A stretch of 64,000 nucleotides of DNA from Blepharisma stoltei ATCC 30299 (GCA_965603825.1 CBFDEM010000053.1:992001-1056000); one strand, 5' to 3'. Counted from the first letter of the stretch, positions 11,908 to 25,170 are shown. Program-made: numbers and translations. The notes: generated from the sequence alone by a model not told the origin.

Positions 11908-13989
11908 ATGTATTTGCTTGTGTTTCACTTTCCCAAGCCAGAAGAAAAGGATAAGACCACAATTGTTGAAAATGTTGAGGAAATCCTTATGGATGTCTTT
12001 CGGAAAAGTGATATCGGGCTGTTTGAGTTTCCTGAAAAAGTCCCTTCATTGCATAGTTTATATAGCAGAAAAAATTGCACAAGATATGAAGTATTAGAAT
12101 TAATCCGCATTGGTGTAGTAGAGATACTACACCATTACTGTGGTATGGGCACTTATATGTTCCAGAGCAGAGATGACGATGAAATATTTTGCAAAATTGA
12201 GTGCACAGATGATATTTTATATGAAGAAGCAGATTTAAGCTGCTATAAACTTCAAATGAACAGCGATTTGGAAGAAATCCCCAAAGTCAAAGAAATGATG
12301 CCTTACATACCATTCAGCAAAGAAAAATATTCGAAAAATCATAATCTCTATGCTAGATTTGGTGATGGACTGCTAAGAAATGTGGACAAAATCAGACTTA
12401 TGGAAAGAATTATAAGATCTCATTTAAACGTCGAAATGATGATTAAGCATCAGCTTATCATAGATTTCTTCCCACTGCACGAGGAAAGTGAGATCACGTT
12501 TTTTAAGTCAACTCTGCTGAAGTATACAGAATTATCAATTGATGTGCCTATTCAAAGGATCAGAGACTATTTTGGGGAAAAAGTGGCATTTTATTATCTT
12601 TGGCTGCAGTTTTACACAAATAAGCTGTTCGTTTTAAGCTTTTTAGGCCTTATTTTATGAATAGTAGGGTTTTTGAGATTTGGAACTAAAGATTCAAATT
12701 CTATATCGGTATATGAGTGGGGAGAATTGCTTTTTGCAGTTATTGTCTGCTTGTGGGCAGCATTTTTCCAAATTTTCTGGGAGAGGCTATCAAAATTTTA
12801 TGCATGCAAATTCGGAACGCAAGATTCTAAGGAACAAGAACAAGAAAGAGAAGATTTTTCAGGAACTTTAGTAAAGAATCAAATCACTGGGATGGTTGAA
12901 AAAGTTTTTCCTAAAAAACAAAGGTTATTAAGACAAGCAATTTCCTATTGCTCTACATTATTTATGATCGGATTTGTTATTGCTCTAACAATGTCCCTCT
13001 TTATCTATAGAGCAATTCTTTTAGAAGGTGGATCAAGAGGATACGGACCTATGATTTTAGCAATTGCCAATACCCTTCAAATCGTAATCATGAACAAGAT
13101 ATACGACTGGATGGCCGAAAAGCTTAATGACTGGGAAAACCATAAGACCCAATCAGACTACGAAAATGCATTTATTGTCAAAAAAGTCGGCTACCAATTT
13201 GTCAATTACTATATTTCTCTCTTTTACATAGCTTTTATCAAAGAACACTTCGAAGGATGCGACAATAAGAATTGCATGGCAGAGCTCAACTATAACTTGT
13301 GGGTCATGTTTATCATAAACCTCGTATTTAATGTAATCGAAATCACGTCACCTATACTTTCAGCTCAAGCTAAGCTTGGCGAAGAAGAAAAAAAAGTGCA
13401 GTTAATGCATGCCCAAGGAAAAGTCGCTAGAATTGAAATGAGTTACGCAGAAGCCCAAGGGAAATTCGAAAAAATTGAGCTGCTAGGCGAATATTTGGAA
13501 TTGGCTATGAATTATGGATATATCATTTTCTTTTGTGTCGCATTTCCATTGGGGCCTTTTATTTATTGGCTTTACAATATCCTAGAATTGAGATCAGACT
13601 CATATAAGTTTTTGACTCTGAGTAAAAGACCATTCCCTCAGGAAGCCTCAGACATTGGAGTTTGGTCAGACGTCATGAAATTCTTGTCATTTGTTGCAGT
13701 TATTACCAATATTGGACTGATGATTTTCACCAAGAACCTATTCTTATTGCCAGCTGCTGATAGATGGTGGGTGTTTATTATAATCGAGCATACAATTTTG
13801 CTGCTTATGATAATGCTTATTAACCATTATCCAAGTGTCAGCGAATTTTTAAAGAATTTAGAAATAAGACATGATATCTTAACAAAACTCCACTTCTACC
13901 AAAATCTAACCAAAGAAGGAAGCAAAAAAGCGTTTGAGGTCAAGTTTACAGTTGATCCACAAGTTAACTTTAAGGATAATGAAAAGTAA
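11908..13989 (+). CDS. anoctamin/TMEM16 Ca2+-activated channel or scramblase
   Basis: FPLH, IRDYFGEKVAFYYLWL, WENHKT..YEN, FVNYY.SLFYIAF, EYLE..NYGY, NILELRSD and DIGVW motifs. One TGA=Trp at 12658. Confidence 0.92.
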
Positions 13990-14066
13990 TTAACTAGGAT
14001 TTTAATAAGAAATTGAACTCTATAGTCCGAAAAAACCTAAAACTCATTAATCTCATTAATTAGATA

Positions 14067-15338
14067 TTAATGGTACCTCATTATTTCTTGTATGAAGAAC
14101 TCTCTCAACTGTTGGGCTGTGATGTTTTCTATATGTTCGAATTCAAAATCAGCTGGAACTTCTGCGTCAATTTCTTTATTTTGATCTCTGATGTCATCAA
14201 AGTAAGGATTCCTCAAAGCTTCAATACATGATATCCTTCTTCTTGGGTTGAACAAAATCATTTGCTCCATTAGATCGATAAGGTTTCTATTAGAATGCGG
14301 GTAAATCATTTGCAGGCTTTTCTTTTCTCTTTCTCCAAAAGAGTTTAAGTATAATAAAGCTTTGTCATCAGTAATAAAAGAAATGTCTTCAGCAGTTGGG
14401 GTTCCAATGACTTCGAATATCACATTTAGCTGATCGCTATTGCTGCTTGGAAAGCCTGCCCTTCTGTTTTTGGTTTTATGATCAGGACTTAGAGGGAAGC
14501 ATGAATTTCCTGGGAATAATGGGCTCCTGTCCATGAAGGTCGGAGCATTTTCTCTTAGCATTCCACACAGTTCAGCAATAACGCAACCTAAACTCCAGAC
14601 ATCAATTGCTTTAGTGTATTCTCTTTCTAGTAAAATTAATTCTGGCGCTCTATACCATCTCGTTACTACATGTCCAGTTAATTCAGTTTTGGCTTGCAAG
14701 CCTCCTTTACTTCTTGCTAGCTTTGGCTTTCCTCCAGCCGGTTTTGGGGGCTCAGGCTGTTTTACATGAATCGGTTCATCAAATTCATCTTCCATATTCC
14801 CCGCTTCTTTTGTTTCCTCAGTCACACTTCTCGCTAGCCCGAAGTCACAGATTTTTACCTCGCAATCTTCATTGAGTAAAATATTGGCTGGTTTCAGATC
14901 TCTATGGAGGATGTTTGCGCTGTGGATGTACTTTAGGCCACAGATAGTGTTGTAAACAATAAGCTGGATATGGTCTTCTTCAAGATTTACTGGGCTTTTC
15001 ACCAGTTTTTTTAAATCTGACTGTGCATGCTCCATCACAATATAAAGTTCATTGAAATGGTTCAAGTCTTTTGGAAGGAGGATTTCCCTGAGCTTGACAA
15101 CATTAGGATGGTTCAGATATTTCAAAATAGCGACTTCTCGGAGCAGGCGTTTGCAATCTATCAAGTCATCAAAAATCTTAGTCATTTGTTTGATTGCTAC
15201 CTTTTCACCTGTCGGTACATGTCTTCCCTCACATACCATGCCATAAGAGCCTGAGCCTATTTGCTTGATTATTTGATAGTTTGGCCCTACATCCCAATCT
15301 ACTGCTTGTTTGGGGATATTGAGCTTTTTTCCAGCCAT
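14067..15338 (-). CDS. atypical MAP kinase with TGH activation loop (Pfmap-2-like alveolate clade)
   Basis: GSGSYG, HRDLKPAN, DFGLAR, LTGHVVTRWYRAPE and PLFPGNSCFPLSP insert. Confidence 0.92.
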   Translation of the reverse strand: MAGKKLNIPKQAVDWDVGPNYQIIKQIGSGSYGMVCEGRHVPTGEKVAIKQMTKIFDDLIDCKRLLREVAILKYLNHPNVVKLREILLPKDLNHFNELYIVMEHAQSDLKKLVKSPVNLEEDHIQLIVYNTICGLKYIHSANILHRDLKPANILLNEDCEVKICDFGLARSVTEETKEAGNMEDEFDEPIHVKQPEPPKPAGGKPKLARSKGGLQAKTELTGHVVTRWYRAPELILLEREYTKAIDVWSLGCVIAELCGMLRENAPTFMDRSPLFPGNSCFPLSPDHKTKNRRAGFPSSNSDQLNVIFEVIGTPTAEDISFITDDKALLYLNSFGEREKKSLQMIYPHSNRNLIDLMEQMILFNPRRRISCIEALRNPYFDDIRDQNKEIDAEVPADFEFEHIENITAQQLREFFIQEIMRYH

Positions 15339-15394
15339 AATTAAGTGAAACCTATAATTTAAAAGAAAGCTTATATCTCAGTTTTTTATTTAAA

Positions 15395-16078
15395 TTACCG
15401 TTTTGGCTTCTTTATTGGCTCAATGTAATCGAACTCTTCCAAAGCTAAGGAATTCACGCTTTGGTCATAGCCCAATGATGATGTTCCACCAGACTCGACA
15501 AGTTCGTCATGCTTATAATCTTCAATTGATTCTCTGGATTCGATATTTTCTTCTATTGAAGATCCTGATTCAAGATGATGGTCTTGGTACATTCGCTGGG
15601 ATCTTGGAGACATATGGCCTGGAGGCTTTTGCTGGTTTTTATTTGAGACATTTGGAAGCTCTGGCTCTTCTTCTTCCTCTTCAGAGTCCTCAGTTGTCCC
15701 TTCAATTTCTTCATCACCTGGAGGGAAAAGGCCTTCAACAATTGCTAGTAAAATTGGCCTATTCGGCGCTGATTTTACACCAAAAATACGCTCAAGCTGC
15801 TGAACGCTTTCATTTCCTGCTGGAATTTGGCTTTCTTGTAAAAATATATCCAAAGTATGCTTAATTTTAAAGCACTCTAAAAAATTTCGTGCAAGCTCAG
15901 AACATATTTGTCCGATTTCTGTTTCTAAAATCTTTTTGGTTTCTGGGCGTTTGAAGCCTGCTTTGCTTTCATGCATATCCACAGCTTGGAAAATTTTGGC
16001 TCTTAATGCAGCTCTTATATAGTCAAGAACTCCTGTTTGTTCAAGTTCTTGATAAATTGAATTTTGCAATTCTTCCAT
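15395..16078 (-). CDS. FOP/FGFR1OP (CEP43)-like LisH basal-body protein
   Basis: N-terminus ELEQTGVLDYIRAALRAKIF..FLECFKIKHTLDIFLQE; acidic tail ending DQSVNSLALEEFDYIE. Confidence 0.75.
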   Translation of the reverse strand: MEELQNSIYQELEQTGVLDYIRAALRAKIFQAVDMHESKAGFKRPETKKILETEIGQICSELARNFLECFKIKHTLDIFLQESQIPAGNESVQQLERIFGVKSAPNRPILLAIVEGLFPPGDEEIEGTTEDSEEEEEEPELPNVSNKNQQKPPGHMSPRSQRMYQDHHLESGSSIEENIESRESIEDYKHDELVESGGTSSLGYDQSVNSLALEEFDYIEPIKKPKR

Positions 16079-16291
16079 TTATTCAAAATGATACCTTTTG
16101 AATTGAATAAATGCAATAAAAACATTCAGATTGTACAGGAAATTATTATTTTCAAAATAATTTAATTAGCTTTCAATTATATTTGTAGTCATTATTAAGA
16201 ATTACGTCTTTTTTATATTTAAATGATGAGAATTAACAAGCAAATAAAAATCAAATATGAAATCGAATATAATGATAAATAGAGGAGAAAG

Positions 16292-17581
16292 ATGTTTGAC
16301 TTAAAAAAGATCACGATTTTATCCTCAAATTTTTTAACATTTGTGGCCTATGGAGTTCTTGGTCCATTCTTCCCAAAAGTAGCTGACAGCAAAGGTGTTT
16401 CTCAATGAACAATTGGAATTATATTTAGTATAGTCCCAATTGTATCAATCCCTACCATGGCATTTGTCAATGCTTACATGTACAAAATGGGCCGACGATT
16501 CACATATTTAATCTCCTTATTTTTACAAGGGGTCTCAATGATTCTTTTATGTTTCCTGGAGAGCTTAGATGAAACTGATTTAGTTATTGTAAGCGTAATT
16601 TCTCGACTGATACTAGGAGTTGCAACAGGATTTATATGAGTCTCTACATTTGCAATAGTGACAACAGAATTTAAAGATCACATTACAGAAGCAATAGGGC
16701 ATATGGAATCAGCTGTAGGGTTAGGGTTAGTTGGAGGTCCGCTAATTGGAACAGCTTTGTACGTTATTGGAGGATTTTCTACTATTTTTATTACAATTGG
16801 GACTGTCTTTATGGTATTTGTACCAATCGCCTTCTTTAGTCTCAACCACTTGGAACAATATTTACCAAGTCAAGAAAAAGTTGGCGCAATTAAACTGTTT
16901 TGAAAGCCTGTAAAATTTATATAGCAAATCCGGTTGACTTCTTATATACCTTTTATTGTGACAATCACAATGGGATTCATGATCAGCTCAATGGCTCTAC
17001 ACTTAAAAGATTTTGGGGTTGGGCAAGAGATGATTGGAGTCCTTTTTGCTGTTGATGCAATTAGCTACGGCATAGGAGGAATTATTTTTTCGAAATTATC
17101 AGTAAAGATTGACAAAAGAATTATGATGATCGTAGGATTACTTGGAATGACCATAACTATGATATGTATGGGGCCTGCTCCATTTTTGCCTAGCAAGCTT
17201 GGAATCGTTATTGCCTCTTTACCTCTCTTGGGATCAACAAATTCATTGACTTATGGTAAACTATAATTAGTTCCATCGCTTCCTTATATGATTGAGAAAT
17301 CAATTACAAAATATAATTATGAAGAAACCCCTCACTTGAGCGATGCATTATCATCCATAGTTAATATATCGTTTTCTGTAGGCGAAGCTTTGGGCAACAT
17401 AGGTGCTGGAATTATGGTTGATTTTATTGGCTTCGAATATAGTACATTCATTATTTCTATTTTGATCTTCGTTCTAGCTATAATATTTTTGCTATCATCA
17501 GAAATCCTTGTTTCACCACAGAAGACTATAAAAGTAAATGAAGATGATGACTTAATGAAACCGTTGGACTCTATTGGATAA
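16292..17581 (+). CDS. MFS transporter (SLC18B1-like)
   Basis: ATG 16292; GPFFP..A..KG, SRLILG, GLGLVGGPLIG. Three TGA=Trp and two 15-nt introns unify four track ORFs. Confidence 0.85.
16910..16924 (+). other. 15-nt intron GTAAAATTTATATAG
   Basis: Removes the in-frame TAG in the MFS gene. Confidence 0.85.
17256..17270 (+). other. 15-nt intron GTAAACTATAATTAG
   Basis: Removes an in-frame TAA; spliced product TY-V-PSLPYM is typical of this MFS family. Confidence 0.85.
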
Positions 17582-17865
17582 TTTGGCCTAATTCTTATTA
17601 GATTGTGCATATATTTATACAAAATATAACTTAATCACAATTCGATAGCATATGTTGTTTTAATCTATCGCAAATTCATTTTTATAAATATTAGAGCCTA
17701 GGAAATTTTATTTGGTAAATAGTAAAATTACATAAAGGTTATAATTACCAAAATTATAACTCCTTTTCGTTTTTTCGAACTTTCAAATAAATCTAATGAC
17801 TTTATATGTAAATATTAAATTTTCTACCAAAATCACAAATTAATTAAATTTAAAAATAAGCAAGT

Positions 17866-19368
17866 TTAAGTTTGCTTCTTTTTATTCGATTTTTCTCTGT
17901 TTTTGCTTAGCCTCCTTTTTTTCCTGGTTTTTACTTTCGGATTTATATTTGTTTTATTATTTGCATCTGTGCTATTTTCTTTTGATTTGATTACTTCTTT
18001 CTTTTTCTCAGCTTTCCTATCATCAACTGTTTTAGCTTTTATAACTTTTTCATTTATCTCATCTACCCCAGGTGTATCAGGATCCTCAAGATTCTCGGTT
18101 TTATCAGTTTTTTCAATAATTTCCCCTATTTTTGTATCATCAATACTGGGTGATATTGATGGAGTTTCAACAATAGTTGAAACTTCAACATCATTCTTAG
18201 GCTTAAAACTTGTCTGTATTTTCAGAGAGCCAAACGATGATCTAGTAAGTATTTTTTTTACATCTGCTAAATATTTTCTAACATTTAAGAGAGTAAAAAA
18301 CATCTTTCCTAAATATCATATTAAAAGCAGCCCAAAAACTAATAAATTCCTATATTCAGGATAATTAGTAGAAGAGATTCCAATGATGGAGCATAAAATA
18401 GATAATCTTAAAAGCCTTTGAAAAATTTCTTCCAAGTTAAAGAGCTTTGAACTATAAGGTAGGTAAATTATTGTATATGATGTTATAAATATACTTACTG
18501 CTATTATAGCGAACAGCTGTATACTTTTATAAGATGAGATAAAACATATCACACACGCTATTATAGCTAATTCTAACTGCAAAACCAATATATGAAATTC
18601 CCTTGCGCATGGTTTATAAACCCTATAGTCAGACCCACATTTTATTCTAATATTTGGTTCATCAAGCCTATCACGAAACTTACACCGCAGTAGAATGATT
18701 TTTCCAAACGGATAGCAGATAAATACAAAAAACGATACAATAACACATAATGCGCTGTTTCAATCAGGTTTTGCTCCATCGGTTATAAATTTTAATTCAA
18801 CAAACAAATTAAAGGCAAGTTTGAAGTAAATAACTTTTAGCAACTGCTGTCCGATCTCAAATTCTAAAATTTCTTTGAGAAAAAAATTTTTAAATTTCAT
18901 TAGGCAGGTTCCAATTTTTACAAATAAATATACGGTAATATAAAGAATCGCTGCTATAAAGCAAGTAAAAGAGTTATTGAAATAGTATGGAGTCCATTCT
19001 CCACTTGCGGTAAAATCTGAAGTAAAGTTCCTCGGTGTTTGAGTAATAAACTGTTCTGCTTTTGAATCTAAATAATTGAAATAGATCCAGCATTTATTCG
19101 CACCGAGCATATTGTAGCTACCAGTTGGGAAATCCATACTTAAATAAGCAATAGAATCCAAAGCTTGTAGTTGAATTATAGTATAAACGATGTGATCGCA
19201 TAACTCTTCAATATTACTCCTAATTTTTGGAGTTCGAACCATATACAGAAAAATCAAATTTCATAAATAGATTGAAATGATCAATATTCCGAAAGCTAAA
19301 AAGCACATCTCTGCCTTGTCTTCATCCAAATTTATAGTTGCTGCAGACATTCTTCGAATATTCTCCAT
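17866..19368 (-). CDS. multi-pass membrane protein with charged C-terminal tail (about 500 aa)
   Basis: ATG 19368; three track ORFs are contiguous through three TGAs; several hydrophobic segments; ends TAA 17866. Confidence 0.7.
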
Positions 19369-19771
19369 TTACAGAATAAGTGTTAATTTTTAATATAATT
19401 TTAATGCGACAAGATATATATGCAGGAGAAGAACTAAATGCTAATTATATATATCAATTTATTTTTAATTATTAAACTGTAAAAGAAACTTATAATGCAT
19501 ATTTAATTATTTTTGTTCGCCCCAACTGCATATCATCATAGATCAATCCTGATTCCATTTTTATCGCTCTGGGTGCTCAAAATACAATTTAGGACCTGTT
19601 AATTATTTTTATTTGAATAACGAAATGGAAATAAATTTATTTGGAATTTTTATGAGCAATATCGTTTATAAAATAAAAGAGAAAACTATTTTAGTATTGT
19701 TATTAAATCTCAAGAAACTTATAAAGTTTAAATTTGTATATTTTCGAGTCAAAATTTGAAGAAAAAGAATT

Positions 19772-21037
19772 ATGGCTATAATGAAGGATAAACTAAGGCC
19801 TAAAGAATCAGACAAAAATTTTTCTCTTCTGACCAAGTCTTTCTCAAAACATCTAATTGCAGGTGCAGGGGATAAGCCAAAAGACGCAATCGTCCAACCT
19901 TTGGCAAGCAAAATTACTGAGACCTTGCCAGTCGAGCAAAAAGCAACCAAAACAGAATCTACCTGCTCCGCATCTAATGACTTAAAGCCTCATCCACAAA
20001 TCACTCCGCCCCTTGAAAATGAAAAATCGCCACTTGCCATCTCACAGCTTATTCGTGAAGGCTGATCAAAATTTCAAGATTCTCAATTTTCCCAAGGTGC
20101 AGAAATTCTTGATATAGCATTGAAAAAATCGGAGCCTGGGAGCCTGATATATTTCGACATTTTATATTTGATTGGGCGGTGCCATATGAATTTTAATTTA
20201 GAATCGGCATCAAATATTTTCCAGCAGCTCCTTGAGAGAAACACTGAGGAGCCAATTTATTGAAATGGGTTTGGGGACATATTAGGCAAATTAAAAAAGT
20301 ATTATGAAGCATTTCAATGCTTTTTGAAAGTAATAACTTTGGATAAACACTTTATTGAAGCATGAATTAACATTGGAATCATTTATGATTTGTGCCAGAA
20401 GCCACAAAATGCTGATACATCATATCAGGTAGCTTTTAAAATTAAGTCAAAAAATCAGAAAATCAGATTAAATGTGGAGAAAATGATGAAATCTCGACAT
20501 CTTCAGCTTGAATTTGTGCAACCTGATATTATTGATCCTACAAAAAGTCCATTTACCAAGTCCCCAACTGCTCCTGCTCATAATACTCTATTAGCAGAAG
20601 TCGATCCAAAGATAGAAAGTAAGCAGAAAAGAATTAAAACCGATAGGCCAAATGAGCTAGTTAAACCTGAAGAAATAATCCAAAGCACTCCACAAGAGTC
20701 AATTAAAATGGAAGATTCTATAAATATTATAAGACCTCAATTATTGGTCCCAGCTGGAACTTCAATTGAAAATATGAGCCCAATCCCAATAACAGCCGCA
20801 CCCTTAGGTTCCAGAATTCAGATGCCTTCAATTGCCCAATTTCACGCAGGCTTTCTTTCATTCTTGAACTGGTACTCATCCGAAATTCAACGTAGGAAGC
20901 AACATCCAAAAAATTCTCCAAAACAATCAGAAGAAACAATCAAAAATGAAGAGCCTGCAAACATGCTTCTTAATCTTACTCCAGCAAAAAGGCAAAAGAC
21001 CACCAAAGGCAATGGCAAAAAGAAACGAAAAATATAA
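19772..21037 (+). CDS. TPR-repeat protein (Cyc8/Ssn6-like repeats) with basic NLS-like tail
   Basis: Through TGAs: LYLIGRCH, Y-W-NGFG..YEAFQCF.KV..LD and A-W-INIGIIY. C-terminus KKKRKI. Confidence 0.75.
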
Positions 21038-21056
21038 TAGCTTGTTAATTTAAAAT

Positions 21057-23459
21057 ATGGAGTCAAAACTCAAAAAAATAGCTCCAGCTGTTGGGGCATT
21101 TTCTGTGTTTATTTACATATACCCAGAGAAGCTCTATACTATTTTTTGGTTTTGTGGCGGGGTTTGATTCACGATTTTATTACAACTGGCAGTTTATTAT
21201 TTATTTTTATTGAAAGAGCCTAGAGAAAAGTTAGAAGAGCCGAAAACTGATAGGAAAATTAATTTGAGAAAAGATTCAGCAGAAAGAATTGAAATGAGAA
21301 GGGAGCAGCACGATGCAACTCCAAGAAGAAGCTTAAAAAGAAGAGAAACAATGGTACCTTGCCTATGCAAAGGATCTGAATTTAATTCTCTTGCAAGTGG
21401 GTCTGATTCTACTATTACTGAGCTTGTTCAGTATATGAAAGATTTAGTCCAAATCGAAAAAGCATATGGGCAAGCTCTATCAAAAATCGGCGAAATTTCA
21501 TTCCTCACCAAAGTTATCAGCAAACAAAATAAATCACAACTGTTTGGAAATTTAAAAGTCACTTTAAATCAAATTGGAATCAACCATACAGATGAAGCTA
21601 AATATCTATCAGATAGCTTGATTGAACATTTATTAGTTGTCGAGAAAGAAATGAAATCTAAGCATAAGGAGCTTGCGCAAAAACTCAAAAATTTCTATGG
21701 GAATGTTGAAGCTGCCGCAAATGATCTCCAAAAAGTTCAAACAAAGCTTACTGAAACTCAAAATGCCCAACAAAAAGCACAAAATGAATATAAAGATATC
21801 AAAAACATAGGATTTGAAGTCATAGCCAAAAGAGAAATGAAATTAAAACTGATAAGCAGCGAGCTATCTACTCTTCAGCACACACTCCAACAAATGAAAG
21901 ACAAACTAAATGAAGAAATCTATAAATATCTCCCCAAAGCAAAAGAAGTTTTTGAAGAGTTCAAAGTTCTTCGACATCAAAAAGCATCTCAATATATTTC
22001 ATGTGTAAAAAGCTGAATAAATAGCCTAGAAAGCTGCATGAGCAATAATCTGCAGGTTTGGCATAAAAATAATGATGAGTCAATGTATACAGAAGGGGAT
22101 GAAATCCTTGATATCGATGAAGAAGTCAAAGCTAATGAAAGCTCTCTCAATTGGAATAAAAGGCAGAGGTCATTAGAAATGAAAGAGGAAAAATTCGGGA
22201 TAAAAGACATCAAAGACATCTGGGCTAAAGCTGTAAATAGAATTACAGCAGTTAATCAGCAGGAAATTGAAGATTTAGATAAGAAAGCAAAAGAAGTCAA
22301 AAACTACTTTGAAGATATAACCGCCTTTATCAAAAACTTGATAAGTGCAGAAAGAAATTACGCCAGTGAGTTAAATCTCATTATTGAGGCCTGGCATAAT
22401 TTAGATGAGCTAGGAATTGGCGATGAATGAAGGAGCACTGCGAAGGACTTTGAGTTTGTTACAGAAGCCATTGAAAGGCATTCAGAAGAAGTTGAAGGGG
22501 TTAGGGAAGAGCTTAATAACTTTGAAGTCTATTTGTCTGATTTTTATGAGCTATTAGATAAAGCAAAAGGAACTCCAGAACTTTTGCAGAAGGTTAAGGA
22601 AAAATTATCAGAGCTGATAATACTAAAAGACAGGCTAGATGAAACTTGCAAAGCCAAGCTTACTATTGCACTTGGCAATAAGCTAAAAGAATGCCACAAA
22701 TTTTTATCTTCTTTGCATCACATGGACGATGCTGAAGATATTGAAGTGTTCGGACAATTTTCTGATAAGGCAAAAAACCATAGAGAGCAATGCCCATATT
22801 TTATTCAGGAAATTGTCCCAGAGTCTGGAAGTGAAAATACAACAGTAACTCGGATCCAAACTGGCTCAGCAGAATCTTCGGTGTGGCTTAACGAGTTGCT
22901 TTCTACTTATATATCTGAGTGAATTGATGCTCCCAGATTCCAAAAGTGGATTTGTCGAAGGCTTAAAAAGGTCTACAACAAAGACAGGCCTGAAATTATT
23001 AGTGAAATCAACGTCAGAAATGTTGAATTAGGTGGTCAATCACCTATTGTCAGTGAGTTTACTCCACTGTCAAAGGACTCTGAGCTAGACTTTTACTATG
23101 AGTTTGATCTGGTCTTTGAAGGCCAAGTTATTATTAACATAGATTTTCAAGTTCTTTTGGGTCCCGCCAAAATCCCAATTTATGTACGAATAATTTTGCA
23201 CTCATTCAATGGAAGGGTGATGCTATTTTATACTCCTTCAGACAAGGGAATGTCATGGTACTCTTTGACTGCAAAACCTGATCTTAGAATTACTTTGGAG
23301 CCAGTGCTTGGAAAAGCAAATAAAGTGGAACTGAAAAAATTCCCACAATTAATTGCATTTTTGATGAAAGGAGTTGATAAAAAGCTTGAAAAGTTTATTT
23401 TCCCCAATACAAGGTCTATTAAAATTCCTAAAGGGAAAAAACCTATATTTAGACTATAA
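21057..23459 (+). CDS. N-terminal TM + F-BAR-like coiled coils + C-terminal SMP lipid-transfer domain (800 aa)
   Basis: One frame from ATG 21057 to TAA 23459 via four TGAs. FCH-like YMKDLVQIEKAYGQALSKI and FIKNLISAERNYASEL; SMP motifs ESSVWLN..RPEIISEI.V..VELG..SP, WYS..KPDL and FIFPN. Confidence 0.8.
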
Positions 23460-23637
23460 ATTAAGATATGTTAGAATTAGAGCTGAAAAATTAAAACCAG
23501 TTAAATCAAGCTGGTCTTAAAGAATTTTAATCATAATTTATGCTCGATCCTTGGATTTTACTGAAATTGAAGTGAGCTAGTTTCCATATAAATATTGATT
23601 TTTTGGGCATTTTCTAAACTCATAACAAATATCTAAT

Positions 23638-25170
23638 ATGGAAAATAGACAAACTCTTAGGATCAACATAAAGACTATTTCTGGCCAAGTCAAAGATTTG
23701 GAAGTCACTAACGATGTATTTTCTAAGTAGATCTTAGTCTCAGACTTAAAAGTAGAAATATCCAAGCATTTTGAAGCTCCCGTCCCCAGACAAAGATTGA
23801 TATATCAAGCCAGACTTTTAAAAGATACCCAAAGTCTTAGTCACTATGTAAAAGAAAGTGGCATTACAATTCATATGCTCCTTCAATCTCTTGAAGGCTC
23901 AAGCTCACAAGATACTTCTTCCCAGGCTCCTCAACCTAATCCCAATCAGTCTAATGAAAATCAATTTAGGTCTTCTAATCCTTTTGAATCACTTGGAGAT
24001 GCTTCAAATTTTATTCCAAACTTCCACTATTCTAATCCCATGGTACTTGGCTTCTTAAACTTAAACATTCCAAACTTAGTAAATAGGGCAAGAGAAAATG
24101 GCATTAACCCGCCTGAAGAAAACACTGCCTTGCTTACAGAAATTCTTCAGTATTACAATTTATTGCTTTTCCATATTTCAGCTTTAAGTAGGATTGTCCC
24201 AGTATTACAGAATTTGATCACTTATCAATACTCCATCACCTTTCTAGGCGCAGCGCAGTTAAGCACTATAAATCCTCCAGCAATATTTACGAATCTGGCA
24301 CATTCAGCACTAATGATGATAGAGGGACTCAGAGCTATATTATGCAGAATTGAAAACAGAGAAGCTGGCTCTTTTCTAGACTCATTCAATGGATTTCAAA
24401 TATTTGCAAATTCATTATCAATTCTTTTGTCTACAATCGAGAATTTTTCTAATCCAGATAACATGCATGAAATACTTGGCCCGAACTATGATATTAAATT
24501 AGATTCTATCATATCGATTTTTGAAGGATTTACTGGAGAAAGCAGACCCGAGTGACTACGGACTCTTTCAAATCTAAGTATTGGTGAAGCTTTTGAGAGC
24601 TTTTTTAGTAATTGGAGTGCTTTTAATTGCATATTTCCAGTGCTGAAGTCTTGGCTATCTAGTATGGTTTCAACAGGCGAGATAAATCTTAATGAAGAAT
24701 TTTTTGAAGAAAATGATCATTTTCCTCCTATCCCTGAAAGATTTAATCCTAAAATGAAATCAGGGATTAATTTGGACCAAGAATTAAAGAATTCTACTAA
24801 CTTTTGGGTTAAAAAGACATCGAATCACATTCTTAATTACCAAGGAACAAATGGAATGGCTGAATTGAAAAGAAATATATGCTGTTACTGTGGTAACTTA
24901 GTGGATATAGCAGTTGAAGCTCTGCATGGAAATGTATCAGATGGTAAAGACTTGATGGTAAGCACACTATTGGAAATCATCGTGGATATATTTCCAGGAA
25001 CTCTCACAAGCCAAGTAAGAAATTCATTGACAAACACACTGAATATTTCATTTACAAACTTTCATGATTGCTATTTGAAATATAAAAATGAAAATAGTAG
25101 TAATATCAATAGTATGATATCAGTTCCAGAAAACTTTTCTATAGGTAGTGAAATTTCTGATGAAGAGTAA
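23638..25170 (+). CDS. ubiquitin-like domain protein (BAG6-like N-terminus)
   Basis: INIKTISG..VSDLKVEI..RQRLIYQARLLKD..TIHM. One 15-nt intron and TGA at 24553. Confidence 0.75.
23716..23730 (+). other. 15-nt intron GTATTTTCTAAGTAG
   Basis: Removal restores a complete Ubl domain. Confidence 0.88.

Noticed and set aside
18668-18683. 16-nt intron-like GTAAGTTTCGTGATAG on the minus strand
   Set aside because: The frame is already open across it; splicing would frameshift the gene, and it lacks the A at -6/-7.
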